Source: Harriotta raleighana (Eukaryota). Taken from it: 64,000 nt of DNA. A program made the position numbers and the translations under genes. The notes beneath the pieces were generated by a model. It was not told where the DNA came from, did no database searches, and worked only from the letters and a program-made list of their open reading frames with translations. Below are positions 12,711-25,412 of this stretch, piece after piece. The stretch is from contig JBNZDD010013683.1 in NCBI GenBank assembly GCA_050575255.1, forward strand, positions 4,156,991 through 4,220,990, given 5' to 3'. Each line of letters begins with the position of its first letter. Position 1 is the stretch's first letter.

Positions 12711-15700
12711 CCACGCATGAATACTTTCTAGTGAAGATCACAGAATAGAGATCACGAGAGGGAATCTTAGCTGATTTTTTCNATTGTTATCCACGCATGA
12801 ATACTTTCTAATGAAGATCACAGAATAGAGATCACGAGAGGGAATCTTAGCTGATTTTTTCCCCCTTCCTAGCTCCGAAGCATCAGAGCCTGGAAGAAGA
12901 AAGTCCTGGAACAAGTGAAGAGAGCCTAAACTGGAAGAACTGTAACCACAATTCCCTGAGGAACAGATAAAACACATCTGAAGATTGAGAATACTGATGT
13001 AGCGCAACCCCGACATGTAATGCAATACCTTACTCCGCTAACTTTGCTACATTTTTTCCTGTACTGCACTGGAAAAAATAATTTCAGGCAAGAGTTTCCA
13101 GATTCTCCTTTTCTGAAACACTCCTATTAGCAGGCGTTTTTTTTTTGCAGTGTTATTTTCAGAAAAAATGCATGGTTCGTGACCGATGCTTAATTTCCTT
13201 TTTAAAAAAAAAACTAATTTAGAAATGTCACAGAGACATTGACAACCTGCATCGTCGAGTGTCTGCAGGCAGGATGGAAACTTAAAAGGTTAGTGTCAAG
13301 ACGGGAGTCATAGTTGCACACAGAAAAATGATAAGAGGAGCTTTGTTCTCGATAAATGTCAATACCAACAATCGTTAAACGTCAGAAAAAAAACAATCAT
13401 TAAATTTTACACACACACTGAGGAAAGATTTTATGAGCAGTGGCTAACACATCCAGGGAGAAAAATAGACAACTGACAGACAGGGGGTCTAAAGATATAT
13501 TTCATGGCCAGCAAATATGATTAAGCTCTGAAATGAAAGTGAAACAGCGGTAAAGAATCTTTCTTAAGACCACAAATAGGTACAAGGAAGGAATGGGACT
13601 ACAAAAAGGATTTGATAAAGAAATAAGGTAACTCTTCTACAAATAGCAATACCAACTCCAAACATTTGCATTTATATAGCAGCTATCACTCAGACAAAAC
13701 CAACAAACTCATCACATGTTCCCAAGGTGACAACAAGTATTTTTGTTGAAAACTTTTACCCTGCATCAGTGATGTGCTTAGATGGGCAATAGTAAAATCA
13801 CAATTATAGCTAATCTATATCATTTGGTGTAGTTCATTAAAGTAGCATCTTAGCCACCTCAATTGGAGGAACTTTAGCTGTTATTGTACTGTATAAACAT
13901 TCTCCCACCACCACCCTTGTATTGTGACTGGGCGGTAAATTTTTGAAATGACATTAAGACATTAGTCTATCGACAGTCAGACATTCCTATCTGCGCTCCT
14001 ATGATTCAGGATTTGAAACCAAGACCACAGAGGGTATTCAATCACAAACACATCACAGCCCACTTTCTGAGACACCTGTTATGCATGTCAGCTCAGCTCA
14101 CCCTCTTCCAGACACAGCAGATTCCCAGTAATGACGTTTTTAATACATGCTATGATAAATAGCATGTATTTCAGTCAACCATTATTGCCAGTGAACTCTC
14201 CCCCAACCCTCACCACCTTCTCCCTCTCCCCCTCCCACCCACCCACCCANCCACACACACACACGCGCGCATGCATGCTGTAATTATAAAGGGTGGTTCA
14301 TTGAAATGAATTGTTCCTTAACAGATCTGGCAATTATCACTGCAGAAAGAGTTATTTCAGTCCACACTACAACACAGAAGATTTTTGAGTGCGTCTGACG
14401 AATAATTCCGCAAGCATTCAATTTATGCCAGTTATAAAATATGCTTCAGTACTTTTTATAACCATACATAGTTTTACCATTTATATACCAAAAGCTGTCA
14501 TCTCTAAGAGAATTGTTAACCCAGTGGTTGGGCAGATTTACATCTCTTTTCCTTGGAAAATAGTTAATCATCCCACTGGCAACAACAGAATTGAAGCTAC
14601 AATATTTATAATAAGCGTTTAAACACTGTGGTCCTGTTATTCTTTGAATATGAACTTTCCTTTAAAAATCAAAATATGCAACACATAAAAACATACCAGT
14701 AAAACACACTTACTGGAATTGAAGAAACTATTGTGCTTAACTGACTGATGTATTTTCTGCCCTCCATTGGGATTTGGAATCAGAAAAAATACACAAAAAG
14801 AATTCCAACACAGTATTTGTATACATGCATCTATTCATAGTTCTTAATAGTATTTTCTATTCTCCATCAAATAAAGGACATCAGTACACAGGATTATTAT
14901 GAACAGGCTTTGTGATAACATTTGCCACCTTTTTTCACAAATAAAAGAATCTGTTCGAAATGGAAATGCTTTTAGACGTCCTCCCAATGTGAAAGGCGCT
15001 ATATAATAATATAAATTGTAATTGTAGGCAATATCTGAAACTTCTGCTACAATAAATCGTGAGACTTGTGACTATTCTGCACTAATACAGTATGACTAGA
15101 ACATAAGAGATTCATGCGATCGAACGCTATAAACTGTATCAAATTAAAATCAACAGGTTTTTTTTTAAAAAAACTGCAGATAAAATAATCACTTTTGCTT
15201 GATGGGTTTCAAGAACCACAAGACAATGACTCTCACCGCAAAACTGCTAGGAACACAGATGTGGAAAGTTACTCCAACAAGACCCCGTGCTGGCCGCAGG
15301 AATGAGGCAATGAGGGAAAGGAGATACCAACCACCACTGTCAAGCATTGTTAAGCAAAATATGTTTGGGTTTGATCAGGTTTCCAGAATGTGTAACCGTA
15401 AACTCCACATAAAACACTACCTGTGGATTTCAACAGGAAAGAAAAGCAAATCAGGTTCCTGACTACATGGAGCAAGAGAAAGCAAAATGGAACAGCTCGG
15501 AAACGTGGAAACAGAAGATGAGAGGTGACAAACTATGTTTCTCACAATGGGTAATGGATTTGTCATTTTTTAAAAAATATTATTTTGACCAACACTCAGC
15601 TCAACAGAAGCAGTCGATGGGAAACAATGTTCCACACTGATCATAATTTAACAATACTTTTCAACCACAAGCAACTTCAGAACATAACATATGGAATAAC

Positions 15701-17068
15701 GGACAAAACTCCAACGAGTCCATTCCCTCTACATCACACAAAACCTATTCAGTCCGACGCTTCACTCCAAACTTCATCCTCTGAGGAAAAGCATCGAACA
15801 GCTTCTCTCTGAATCCTACAGATAATCTAAGAAAAAGCTCAATAATAGCTTGTTGATAATAGTTTATCAACAATTTAAGTTTATATTCCATTTCCTTCTC
15901 CCTGTGTCAAAGTTTCACAAATATTTAACAAATAAAAAGCTTATTTTATCTATTCAAAGTTTCTGGTTCTGTAGTTCAGTAGATGATTTATTTGATCTGT
16001 ATATTTTGGGGGTTTTCAATGATTTTTGCATTTCACAAGTCAATAAATACAGCCAGCAACATTTTGACTTTGTATCATTTCTTCTTTCAAAATAAATTAA
16101 CCTCAGTGAATTTGAAGCAACATTTCTAGCAAAAATGCAGACTCTATAACCTTGGGAATCAGTTTGAAATCCATTAGATGTCTGTACTCCTTGTTGACCA
16201 GCTGCTTTTAGTATAAAGAATCCCCACTCCTCCCATTAAATATATGTATGCGGTTTCACTCGTACAAATGGGGGAAATGACTTTAGGTGAAACTTTGAAG
16301 CAAAACTACAGTATATTCTTGGATGTTCCAGAATCTATCCCAGAGGCTCCTTAATATGGTAAAAACATGTCAGTGATGGGTCTATAATCTAATTCATCGA
16401 ATTGCATTATTTCGATGGCACGGTCTAACTATTTGGCAGACGTTTCGGGGCGGGGGGGGGGTGGGGGGGGGAAGGCCATCGGGTTAGGGGTTCCACTTAC
16501 TGGAAAAATGTGATGCCATGGCTCTTAGAAGGTTAATGCAGCACAAGTTTATTTGTCTAATTGTACATGACAAAGGATATACATTTTTCCCCACCCTCTC
16601 TTGGCTTCAGTTGAGCATTGCCAAGCTAATTTCTGGCACAAGTTGCATTCCTCCACTTGAGATGGGATTAATTTGACATTGGGTTCACTTCCTGCCTTAT
16701 CAAGCAGTTCCAGCCTGTCCCCAACGCCTGCCAATATCAATCTCAGCCTGTCAGCAAGGTTAGCAATAACCAGAGTGCAGCGTCATCTGCTCTCCCACAC
16801 ACACACACAGACACAGAGCATAAGCGAGCGCAAATTCAACAGTACCTTCCCTCTCAATACCTCCAAGACCACTTATCTGCAATAATTACTTGCAGCCCAA
16901 ACTAGGGAAGAGATGGAACAACCTTTCTGCGCAATGCAATTCTTTATCTGTAGGTCTGTAGGTTTTCTGAGGAAACGCTCTGAATGCTTAATTTTACAAG
17001 ACGTAAAAATAATTTATCAGTTTAACATTTGTTTCGACTCTCCTCCACCAAAAAAAAACACACACGGT

Positions 17069-17159
17069 TTTCCATGCAGCTCAAATGCTCAATTAACACA
17101 TACAATGTAACAGTGGGTTACATTTTATGTGTTAATTGAGCATGTGAGCTGCATGGAAA
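17069..17159. repeat. Near-perfect inverted repeat (43-bp arms, 5-nt loop)
   Basis: 17069-17111 and 17117-17159 are reverse complements with 2 mismatches; loop AGTGG. Confidence 0.95.
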
Positions 17160-17210
17160 TTCTGTCAGGTAATCTGGGAAGGTGAGATCGAATGGGCCCT
17201 GGTGCCTTCT

Positions 17211-17386
17211 TCATCGAGAGCTCCCTGGTGATCCTGTTCTGCATTTTAAGGTACTGAAAGATCTGTTGAATTTTTTTATGCACAGTTTACTGCTACGTGT
17301 AGCAAACAATTCTGTTCGGTTGGATGAACTGCTTCTCTTCATAACGGGCCTGAACGCAGCACGGAATGTCATTCTGGCTCCTTCTG
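17211..17386 (-). CDS. Candidate terminal coding exon, unknown product
   Basis: Acceptor CTCTTTACAAACAG (NAGNAG). Open frame AEGARMTFRAAF...SPGSSR* is phase-compatible with the candidate exon at 17904-18089. No recognisable homology. Confidence 0.2.
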
Positions 17387-17557
17387 CTGTTTGTAAAGAG
17401 AATTGCATTTTTTTTTAAAACTGAGAGAGAATTAATCATTAATAATTAAGTATTCATTAGAAATGATGAATCAATTTCTCGCAGGAACAGCACTGATCTG
17501 TACTTTTATGTACTGAAGACTCACAATAATTTCTCCCAAAGGGCATGTTACTGAACA

Positions 17558-17777
17558 CAAAATACTGCACTGCAGATGCTGGAAGTATTGAAACAAAAAC
17601 AGATCCCTGGGAACACTCAGCAAGTCAGGCTGCATCTATGGGAAAAGGAAAGAGCGTCAACGTTTTAGATTCACAACCCTTCGTCAGAACGCTCCTGTGA
17701 ACCTTTTTGCGGACTCACTTTCCTTTCTCCATGGATGCAGCTGAGTGTTCCCAGCGATTTCATGTTGATGTTTCAGG
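17558..17777. mobile_element. Palindromic (MITE-like) repeat typical of chondrichthyan genomes
   Basis: Left arm CTGGGAACACTCAGC...CTGCATCTATGGGAAAAGGAAAG pairs with right arm CTTTCCTTTCTCCATGGATGCAGCTGAGTGTTCCCAG. Starts with the recalled ACTGCAGATGCTGGAA motif. Confidence 0.75.
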
Positions 17778-17903
17778 TATACACACTGCCCTGTGCAATC
17801 AATACTCAGCCCTGTGTTCTGTTCTCAGAACGAGATTCTGGCCACAGGTGAATGCAACGTCTTCTGACCTTCACTGGTAGTCGATACAAGTACAAATGCT
17901 CAC

Positions 17904-18089
17904 CATCGGGAGCCAATGTTGAACACAATGCGTTAGAATTAAAGTTGAACCTTGAATCTGGGGTTGAACCTGGTGAGATTCTAACTGAAACAATTAACCA
18001 AACGGAACCGCTACACATTACAATCCCTTTCATTTTCAACAACCTCGATGGAAAGCTCGGCTCAGGTCCGTCCGTGTGAGTTAGCTTCT
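17904..18089 (-). CDS. Candidate 186-nt symmetric internal exon, unknown product
   Basis: Strong acceptor (T-run + GCACAG), donor ATG|GTGAGC, length divisible by 3, open frame (E)KLTHTDGPEPSF...STLAPD. No recognisable homology. Confidence 0.25.
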
Positions 18090-19251
18090 CTGTGCAAAAA
18101 AAAAAAGAGGCATTTTCACCGCAAGACATCCAAACGTGGCACCATTCAAAACACTTGGCTCAGATTTAGGCGGATTTCTTATCGGATATCACGTAGTGGC
18201 ACAATTGATTCTGTGATAAAACTGGTTACAATTCAATTGAAATTTGTAAAAATGTTGACATGGACATATATCTACATCAATAAAAAATAGCAGCTCGGAA
18301 CACTCACAATACCATTGGGTGAGTAAAATCCCGAGTTGCGAATGGGCACGCAATTTTAAAATACACGTGAAACGATGTAAACAAAATCATCTTAAGGATA
18401 GCATTCCCACTGGATTTTTTTAATTGAAAAAATACATACCAAAACTGTACCAATTGTTCCCAATTTGGATGTAAGCTTGGAACACACTGTGTCTGTTACA
18501 CTGTAAGCATATGGGGTACCATTTATGTTCGAGGGGTTTCGGTCACCTTGATGTTGTTCAAACGCCAGCAGTACATGGAAAGAAAAATAAACTGTGTCCA
18601 AAAGTTCCAGTACTGGTGAGCAGCAGGAGTTGGCAATACAGTAAGAGACATTTCAGAGAGTGCCAAGTAATCTCCGAATTCAAACTGTGCAACCCTTTTG
18701 CTTACATCGCTGGCCTAAAGTTTTTATTTTGTGACAAAATAAACATTTTGCGGTCTAACGAATTCCGAGCAGTCACCTTTTGAACTCAGCTACTGTTTTG
18801 GTTTCAATTTTGGTAAAAGCATTAAGATTCTGCTTGAGACAAACGCTTATTATAGTTGGATAATAGCGTTTTTGAAAATATTAATTTTCTACGGTGCTGG
18901 AAAGAGTTGGAAAAAAAACAGGATTCTATTTAACAATATTACTTTTGGAGATATCTATCAAAAAAGTCATACTGAATATTTTCTTTGAATAACTTTATTT
19001 TTTTGCTGCAGGAATGTACTTGTAGAGAATCGTACTATTTAATTCAGTTTGAGCACAAATGTCTTGATATTTTTCCTACATTCNTAATATTACTTTTGGA
19101 GATATCTATCAAAAAATGTCATACTGAATATTTTCTTTGAATAACTTAATTTTTTTGCTGCAGGAATGTACTTGTAGAGAATCGCACTATTTAATTCAGT
19201 TTGAGCACAAATGTCTTGATATTTTTCCTACATTCTGGAATGATATTCTGG

Positions 19252-19349
19252 ATAATAATAATCCTTGCATTTGATATTGCACCTTATCACGTCTTCGAGA
19301 CGTCTCAAAGCGCCTCGAAGAATATACTATAAAGTGAATTGACTGTATT
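19252..19349 (-). mobile_element. SINE 3' tail fragment
   Basis: Reverse complement of the SINE tail (AATAATCCTTGCATTTGATAT...GTGAATTGACTGTA on +). Confidence 0.85.
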
Positions 19350-19409
19350 CACTAATCTATAAACTAAATATTAATCTATAAACTAAGTGCGTATGTGTGT
19401 CGTGAGTGG

Positions 19410-19697
19410 TGGGAGGAAAGAGTGCTGCATTGTTGACTATGATGAGACATTAAACAGAGATTCTATCTGCCTGTTCAGGTGAATGTTAATGATCCCATGG
19501 CGTTATTCAAAAAGAGAAGGGCGCATCAAATTCATCAGGCTCTTCGTTTCTGTTTGTGGGACATTGCTATGTGCAAATTGGCTGCCGCTTTCACCCACAA
19601 AAAAAGTAGTTCATTTGACTTCACAGTGCAATTCGTGTGAAGTGATTAGAGCCATCACAACAACATGTTAAGACATGACAATTCAAGGATTATTATA
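19410..19697 (+). mobile_element. Old DeuSINE (SacSINE1/AmnSINE1-like Deu domain)
   Basis: GAGTGCTGCATTGT...GATGAGACATTAAACAGAG...TCAGGTGAATGTTAATGATCCCATGGCGTTATTC...TGTTTGTGGGACATTGCTATGTGCAAATTGGCTGCCGC matches the recalled Deu-domain consensus. Confidence 0.8.
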
Positions 19698-19904
19698 CGA
19701 GGATTAATATGCAGGCATATGTATTAGGAATACCAGAATCCACCCCCTTCCCTTTGAAAATGACATTCATGTTTCTCAGATCTGTTGAGTTTCATTAAAA
19801 GGCAACTCATAACAACCACTGAGTTTCCTGATCTTCCCTATAAACTGCCAATGCACAAAGCTAACGCATGAATAATGATCAGTTGGACAAGGTATTTCAG
19901 GATT

Positions 19905-20057
19905 ACTGCTGGGCGCAATTGGCTGCTGCGTTTCGCCCACAAATATACAGCCAATTCCCTTTACAGTATATTCTGTGAAGCGCTTTGAGATGTCTAGAAG
20001 ACGTGAAAAGCACTATATCAAATGCAAGGATTCTTCTTCTTCTTCTTCTTATTATTA
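19905..20057 (+). mobile_element. SINE 3' half
   Basis: Matches the 3' half of the full-length copies; tail has drifted to (TTC)n(TTA)n. Confidence 0.88.
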
Positions 20058-21759
20058 GCACCTGTGCAACTAACTATATCCCGACACAAGCAAAACACGA
20101 GTCTCACGCTTGTGGAGGGGAGAACAGTGCCAAGAGAGAGAAGGCTTCCCTGGTGCAGAAAAATATTCCTTCTCACCCAGCTGAGGTGCTGTGGTGTGTG
20201 CTGCATTAAGTGGCTTCATTATCGCTCAATCACTTGGGATGAAACTTATTCACCATAGAATCAAACGAACTGGATTTGTATCCGAAACAAATTTTCAAAA
20301 CGGCCTGTTACAACGTGCAGCAGTTAACGTCTGTACAGCCAAGTGATGTCTCCACCTGCTCAGAGTAGTCAATGCTAACCCAATTTTGACCAGGGATCAG
20401 AAGTTGCGATTTATACATTCCGCAAAGAACTCCAGCAAAATTACCATGAATCTCCTGATCTGTCAAAAGGTACTTTTTTTTTCTTTGTTTATAAAAAAGG
20501 GAAAAAAAAGCACCAGCATCCGGTGTGTGAGCAGCCCCTTAACTGTCAGACCAACAACACTCTGTGGTGCGGCAACCAAATCCTTGCAAACACTCGCGAT
20601 TGTCTTGAGTTCTTCAAATTATCCGACTCCTCAAGGGCTTATTTTCCCAACCATCTTGCGATACTCTGTACATTAGGTTCTCACCCTTCAGGGCATAAAT
20701 TCTCAAAAGGCAAGCCAAGAACTTGCTCGAGACTAGCCAGTGGCCTCTTAACCCAAGATGTTAAGCAGAGCGCCAAATGTAATTCAATGTAGCGGAAGAC
20801 TTAGTCTCCAAGCGTTTCCTGAACCAAATTGTTACATCCTACATATAATAGCTCTTTAATAGTTAAAAGGATTGATGTACTTTGTATAATCATGTGTGTG
20901 ACAGATCGCTAAACTCCACAGCCTGTGTATCTCTAAAGAGGCATTAGGCAGCTATTTGTGGACACTTAAGAATTTCATCCAGGCATCACATTTTTTTTCC
21001 CCAGCTAGCTTATTTCTTCCTTGTTAACAGTCAGCAATTTTGTAAAGAACATCATCGGTTGATATCCACTGTACAAAATGCTCTGCAATATGATCCTCTG
21101 AAAGAAATGGAAAATTCCAATCATAGCCTCTCCCAGAATCCACAAAAGGTTCAGAAATACTTGAGCAAATGGAATCCCAGTAATAAACCTGCTGCTAGAT
21201 CTCAATGGTCAGAGAGCAGCAGATCTGTGCGGTGGGGCTGATGGCATTTTCCAAACCAATTTTTTTTTTTAAATGAAAATTATTCACGCAAACCGTTTTT
21301 AAAATGACTTATTTGCGAAGCCTTGCCACTGGCTCGGTAGAAGCACTTGACTCCAGAAGGCAGTGAATGCAAGCTCTTAGGATTGCCAATTATTCCAAAT
21401 AGTTTGCTGCACTTGGAACCCTTTTCAGGCTCGATTTTTTGGCCGAGCCTTGGGATACTTTGTGCACGGTATTATAAATACTATGGGAAGAATGCAACCA
21501 CCTTTCCAAAGGAATTCAGAGACAAGCTCTCAAACTGAAAATCGCTTTCACAAAAAGAAGTGAGTTTACATCAAGTTGATTGGACAGCGTAAACGCAAAG
21601 GAAAACCAGAACACTACTCACAAAAACAACTCCACATAAAAAAACACTTGAATGCTATTCATTGGCAACCCAAACTTAAAATGGAGTTTGGTTACGAAAG
21701 ATTTAAAAAGCTATTGCGAAAGATTAGACTAAAATGTTCTCCATTCATTCAGCAGTTGT

Positions 21760-21950
21760 CCAGCACCTTACCCACCCCACCATTGGCTGGGGGGGGACTT
21801 TCCGCCATTCTGCTCCCACTCTTTGGAACTTCATTCAAGAATCCCTCTGGCTCCCTCCCTCTCTCCTACTCAAAAAAAACATCTCTTTGACCCTACTTGT
21901 GTCATCTTTTCCCACCGCCCCGCCCCCATTCCCTCTGAAATCGCTCCTGG
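21760..21950 (+). mobile_element. Degenerate L2 ORF2 C-terminal/3' UTR fragment
   Basis: Translates to PTIGWGGTFRHSAPTLWNFIQESL, the L2 'AFS.AP.LWN.LP' motif. Confidence 0.7.
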
Positions 21951-23519
21951 TCCTAGCCTTAATGGTTTTCCACACTAAATAAAATAATTTTCTGAAGTGA
22001 CACATAATATTAAATTGTATTGCTCGAGGTTCAGCCCATGAGAAATGCCTAAGAACTGAACAGGAGTTGAACTGCAAAATCTGCCTGATATTATTGATCT
22101 TAAGTTTCCCCTCGTCACAGTGGAATGAATGCTCAGACTGTAGCGTCAATGCTGCTTCTTCTGCCAGGACACCATGTTTGTGCCAATGGATGGAGCCAAA
22201 CAGAAAGCTTTGCTCTTGAATTTCTCTATCTCCAGGAAGCAATCGCGAGGGCTCAGAGGTGACAAGCCACACGCTGTTTCACAATCGAGTCCCAAATCCA
22301 GTGTCCCTCGCGTGGGCCAAGGTCGATAGAAACCCACCAAAGCCCCCAAAACAAAGTCTCGTTTATCACCGCGTTAGCTCTCATGAAAACCCTGACAAAG
22401 ATTGATTTCTCCTGTCTAGAAATTTTTAAATCAAAGCCGTTCATTTTCTTCCAATTTTTTTCACTGTTATTTTTCAATGCTGGAAGCATCAACACAGGGC
22501 AAAATTGGGCCTTTTGCCACTGTGCGGATTACCAGCAGATCACTTCTCGTATTGGCAGTGTTACCACTGTTTGTACAATCAAGCTGAAAATTAGCTCTTT
22601 AATCGGAATATTGCCTCATTTGAGACCATCAATGTCAAAGGCAAGCTTCATGGAAGTGCAATGAGAAAGGAGCGCCTGCAGAGGTCAGTACATTGCAGCT
22701 AATGATCAAGCAGCAATCCTATACAGTATAGCAATTATATAACTTGCTCAAAAAGAAATGCCATTGAAACCTATGCAAAGAACCATATGTTTTCAAAACC
22801 ATCATCTCATTATGAAATGAAGAATTCACATTCAGGCAATCAGTGGATACGGTAAAACTAAATATCAAACGACAAGGTCTGGCACAGCAGTCGAACACAA
22901 CAACAAAACAAACATCTACCCCACGTGAAGTGCGCTATATAAATGCAAGTGTTGAAATTCAAAGCCAGATGCAACTGCAATAAAATTAAGAAATTTTAAA
23001 ATCGGTAGCTCATGCTGTTGTTTTATGATATAATTCTAATACAGTCTATGTAGGTCAGCCTCAAATATTCTCTCTTGCTCAGCTCCTAGCATGCATTTTT
23101 CCAGCTAAAGGCTTCAGATGAGCTTTGATACCAGCGTTTAGTATTAAAAGAACACCATTGGTCCACCTATTTTCCATCTGTTTTAGCACCTATTTTGCTG
23201 GTGGGAACCACATGCCCATTTGGCTAGAGGCAAAACTGTCTCCCTTAACCATCCCCGTTAATCCCGTGGGATTCACGCAATTGCACAACCAAACCATCTG
23301 TACAACATGCGTCTGCTGCATCAGAGCTCAGCTGTGATTGTGTACGTTCTGCGTTGTTTGATGCCGTCTTTGCTGGACGGTTGTTCACATTCGCAAAACA
23401 CTTTTTTATGATCAGCCTTTAAAATATATATTTGTGCCTTCATTTTGTAAAAGTAAATCTAAACCCAGATTCTCACCTCACATTCCCTGTGCCACCCCCC
23501 ACCCAGTTCAGTGAGTAAA

Positions 23520-23835
23520 TAAGCAGAAGGTCGTGGATTCACGCCATTCCAGAGGCACCAACCGCCCATCAGATAGGATATTAAACCATCAATTCACATT
23601 GCAGTATATTCTGTGAAGGGCTTTGAGACGTCTGAAAGACGTGATAAGGCGTTATATCAGGTGCCAGAATTATTGTTGTTGTTATTATTATTAATAAACC
23701 AAGATGTGGTCTGTCTGTTCTGGTATTCAGTTGGTAAAATAGTTGAAGAATCCTATGTCATCCTTTTGAAGAGAATGAGACACATCTTCCAATGTCTTCC
23801 TGGTCAAAATTATTCTTTCATTCAAATTGGTTGGA
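23520..23835 (+). mobile_element. Old DeuSINE interrupted by a younger SINE tail (23589-23694)
   Basis: The flanks rejoin as CAGATAGGATATTAAACCA/AGATGTGGTCTGTCTGTTC (Deu-like). TAAACCA is duplicated at 23582-23588 and 23695-23701. Confidence 0.7.
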
Positions 23836-25249
23836 ATGAATGAATTTGTTATTGATTGTTGCTTGCTCCAAAACACTATCCTGCATGTACAAGTGAAATC
23901 AGAAAACTAAAAAAGAAACAAGCTGGAGAGAACAAGGTGCAAGGAAGCAGACAAAACTGAACTCAACCGCAAGCATTTTCATTAATAAACTAGGTCAGGG
24001 ATTTCAGAGCTTTTTTTTTATCCGGCTCTGGCTTACAGCAAGATTTTTCCAAAAAAAAAGTTAAGAGTAACTCAATGGCCTAAATAAATAAATGCAGAGA
24101 GGGCTGACTGGATGAAGTAGAGACTGAGAAGCATTGTTAGCAATTGAATTAGCAAAATACATGAGGATGTAATTAAAAATATTAGCTCACCACTGCGGAT
24201 CAGCTTCCCTACAAATCCAATTATTTAAACCAACACAGCGGCATCATCTGTGAACATGTGGGGAATGTCCTCATTATGCTAGGTAGTCAAGTGAGGCACA
24301 CGAACAATGCTGCACTGGGAAAATTGACTTCTAAGAGAAGGTTTCAATGGATGTCATGGCTTGCATACACTGGATTTTGGATTATATCAATTCTGGCTGC
24401 TGTTTGGAAGTAACACAGGGCCATTTGACTACTTTGTTTGATCTCCTCGGCCGAGCGCTATGCAGACAAATCAGAGATTATACTGTACTGTGATTACCTT
24501 GTTAAATGTTCACCAATGCGGATGCAGGCTTTGTGGAAAACCACTGTTTCAGAATAGCATTACTGTACATTACACTAAAATCTATCGAGGAAAGAAAAAA
24601 TTAAAGCTCAACTAAAGTATTTCTGCTTGACATTTCAGTGGTATAAATAATTAAATGGATGCTGTTAATCAAGTCACTTATTATCATAATTCTACCGAAA
24701 AAAAAAAAATCTTTTACAAAACTGGCAGCAAAAATATCAAGCAATGAAAACCTTATACTGTAAATGTTTTAGAAACTTCCAATTTGATCTCAGAAAATTG
24801 TGTTCAAAGACACTAATGGAATGTATTTTTCCTGCTCATGCAAATCCTAGAAACAAGTGTAAAATTGCACTTATTACTCAAATGACAAACACAGTTAAGC
24901 AATACTCAGAACATAACGTTTGTTACAACTCATTAAAGAACATTTTTTTTAAATTACATCAATTGCCCAATGAATTTTTTTTTAAAATGTATTGGCCTTA
25001 CCCATCTGTTTCTTAAAACAGTCCAGCAATGGGATCCCAAGTTATCTGCACCATGTATTTTAAAGCTAATCCTATTTGAAAGGGGAATGGAAAAGGAAAA
25101 CTGGTCCATTTGTTTTGAAAAGCGGAAATCAACACCAACACTCTCTTCCACATGTCTTTGCAAAATGTGAACTTGCTTTTCAGGTCATGCACCAACCCAC
25201 ACTCAAGAGTGTCATTTTGTTGACCAACACTCTTAAGACAGGTTTTAAA

Positions 25250-25412
25250 GATTGGAGGGGAGGAGGTTTAGGGGAGATAGGGGGAATGAAGCAGGCCAGT
25301 ATTCACTGAGCAGAGGTAGTGATACAGGAGGTCGTAGAGGTAGGGTGGGGTGAGGATTTTGGAGGTGATTGGGACGTGAGGTCAAGGGTCTGGAAATTTG
25401 ATCCGCTGGCAT
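25250..25412 (-). mobile_element. Degenerate L2 fragment
   Basis: G-rich on +. Reverse complement CAGCGGATCAAATTTCCAGACCCTTGACCTCAC resembles the QRIQFKILVLT-coding region. Confidence 0.6.

Noticed and set aside
12873-12970. Plus-strand acceptor followed by APKHQSLEEESPGTSEES...*
   Set aside because: Short, no partner exon, no homology; compatible with chance.
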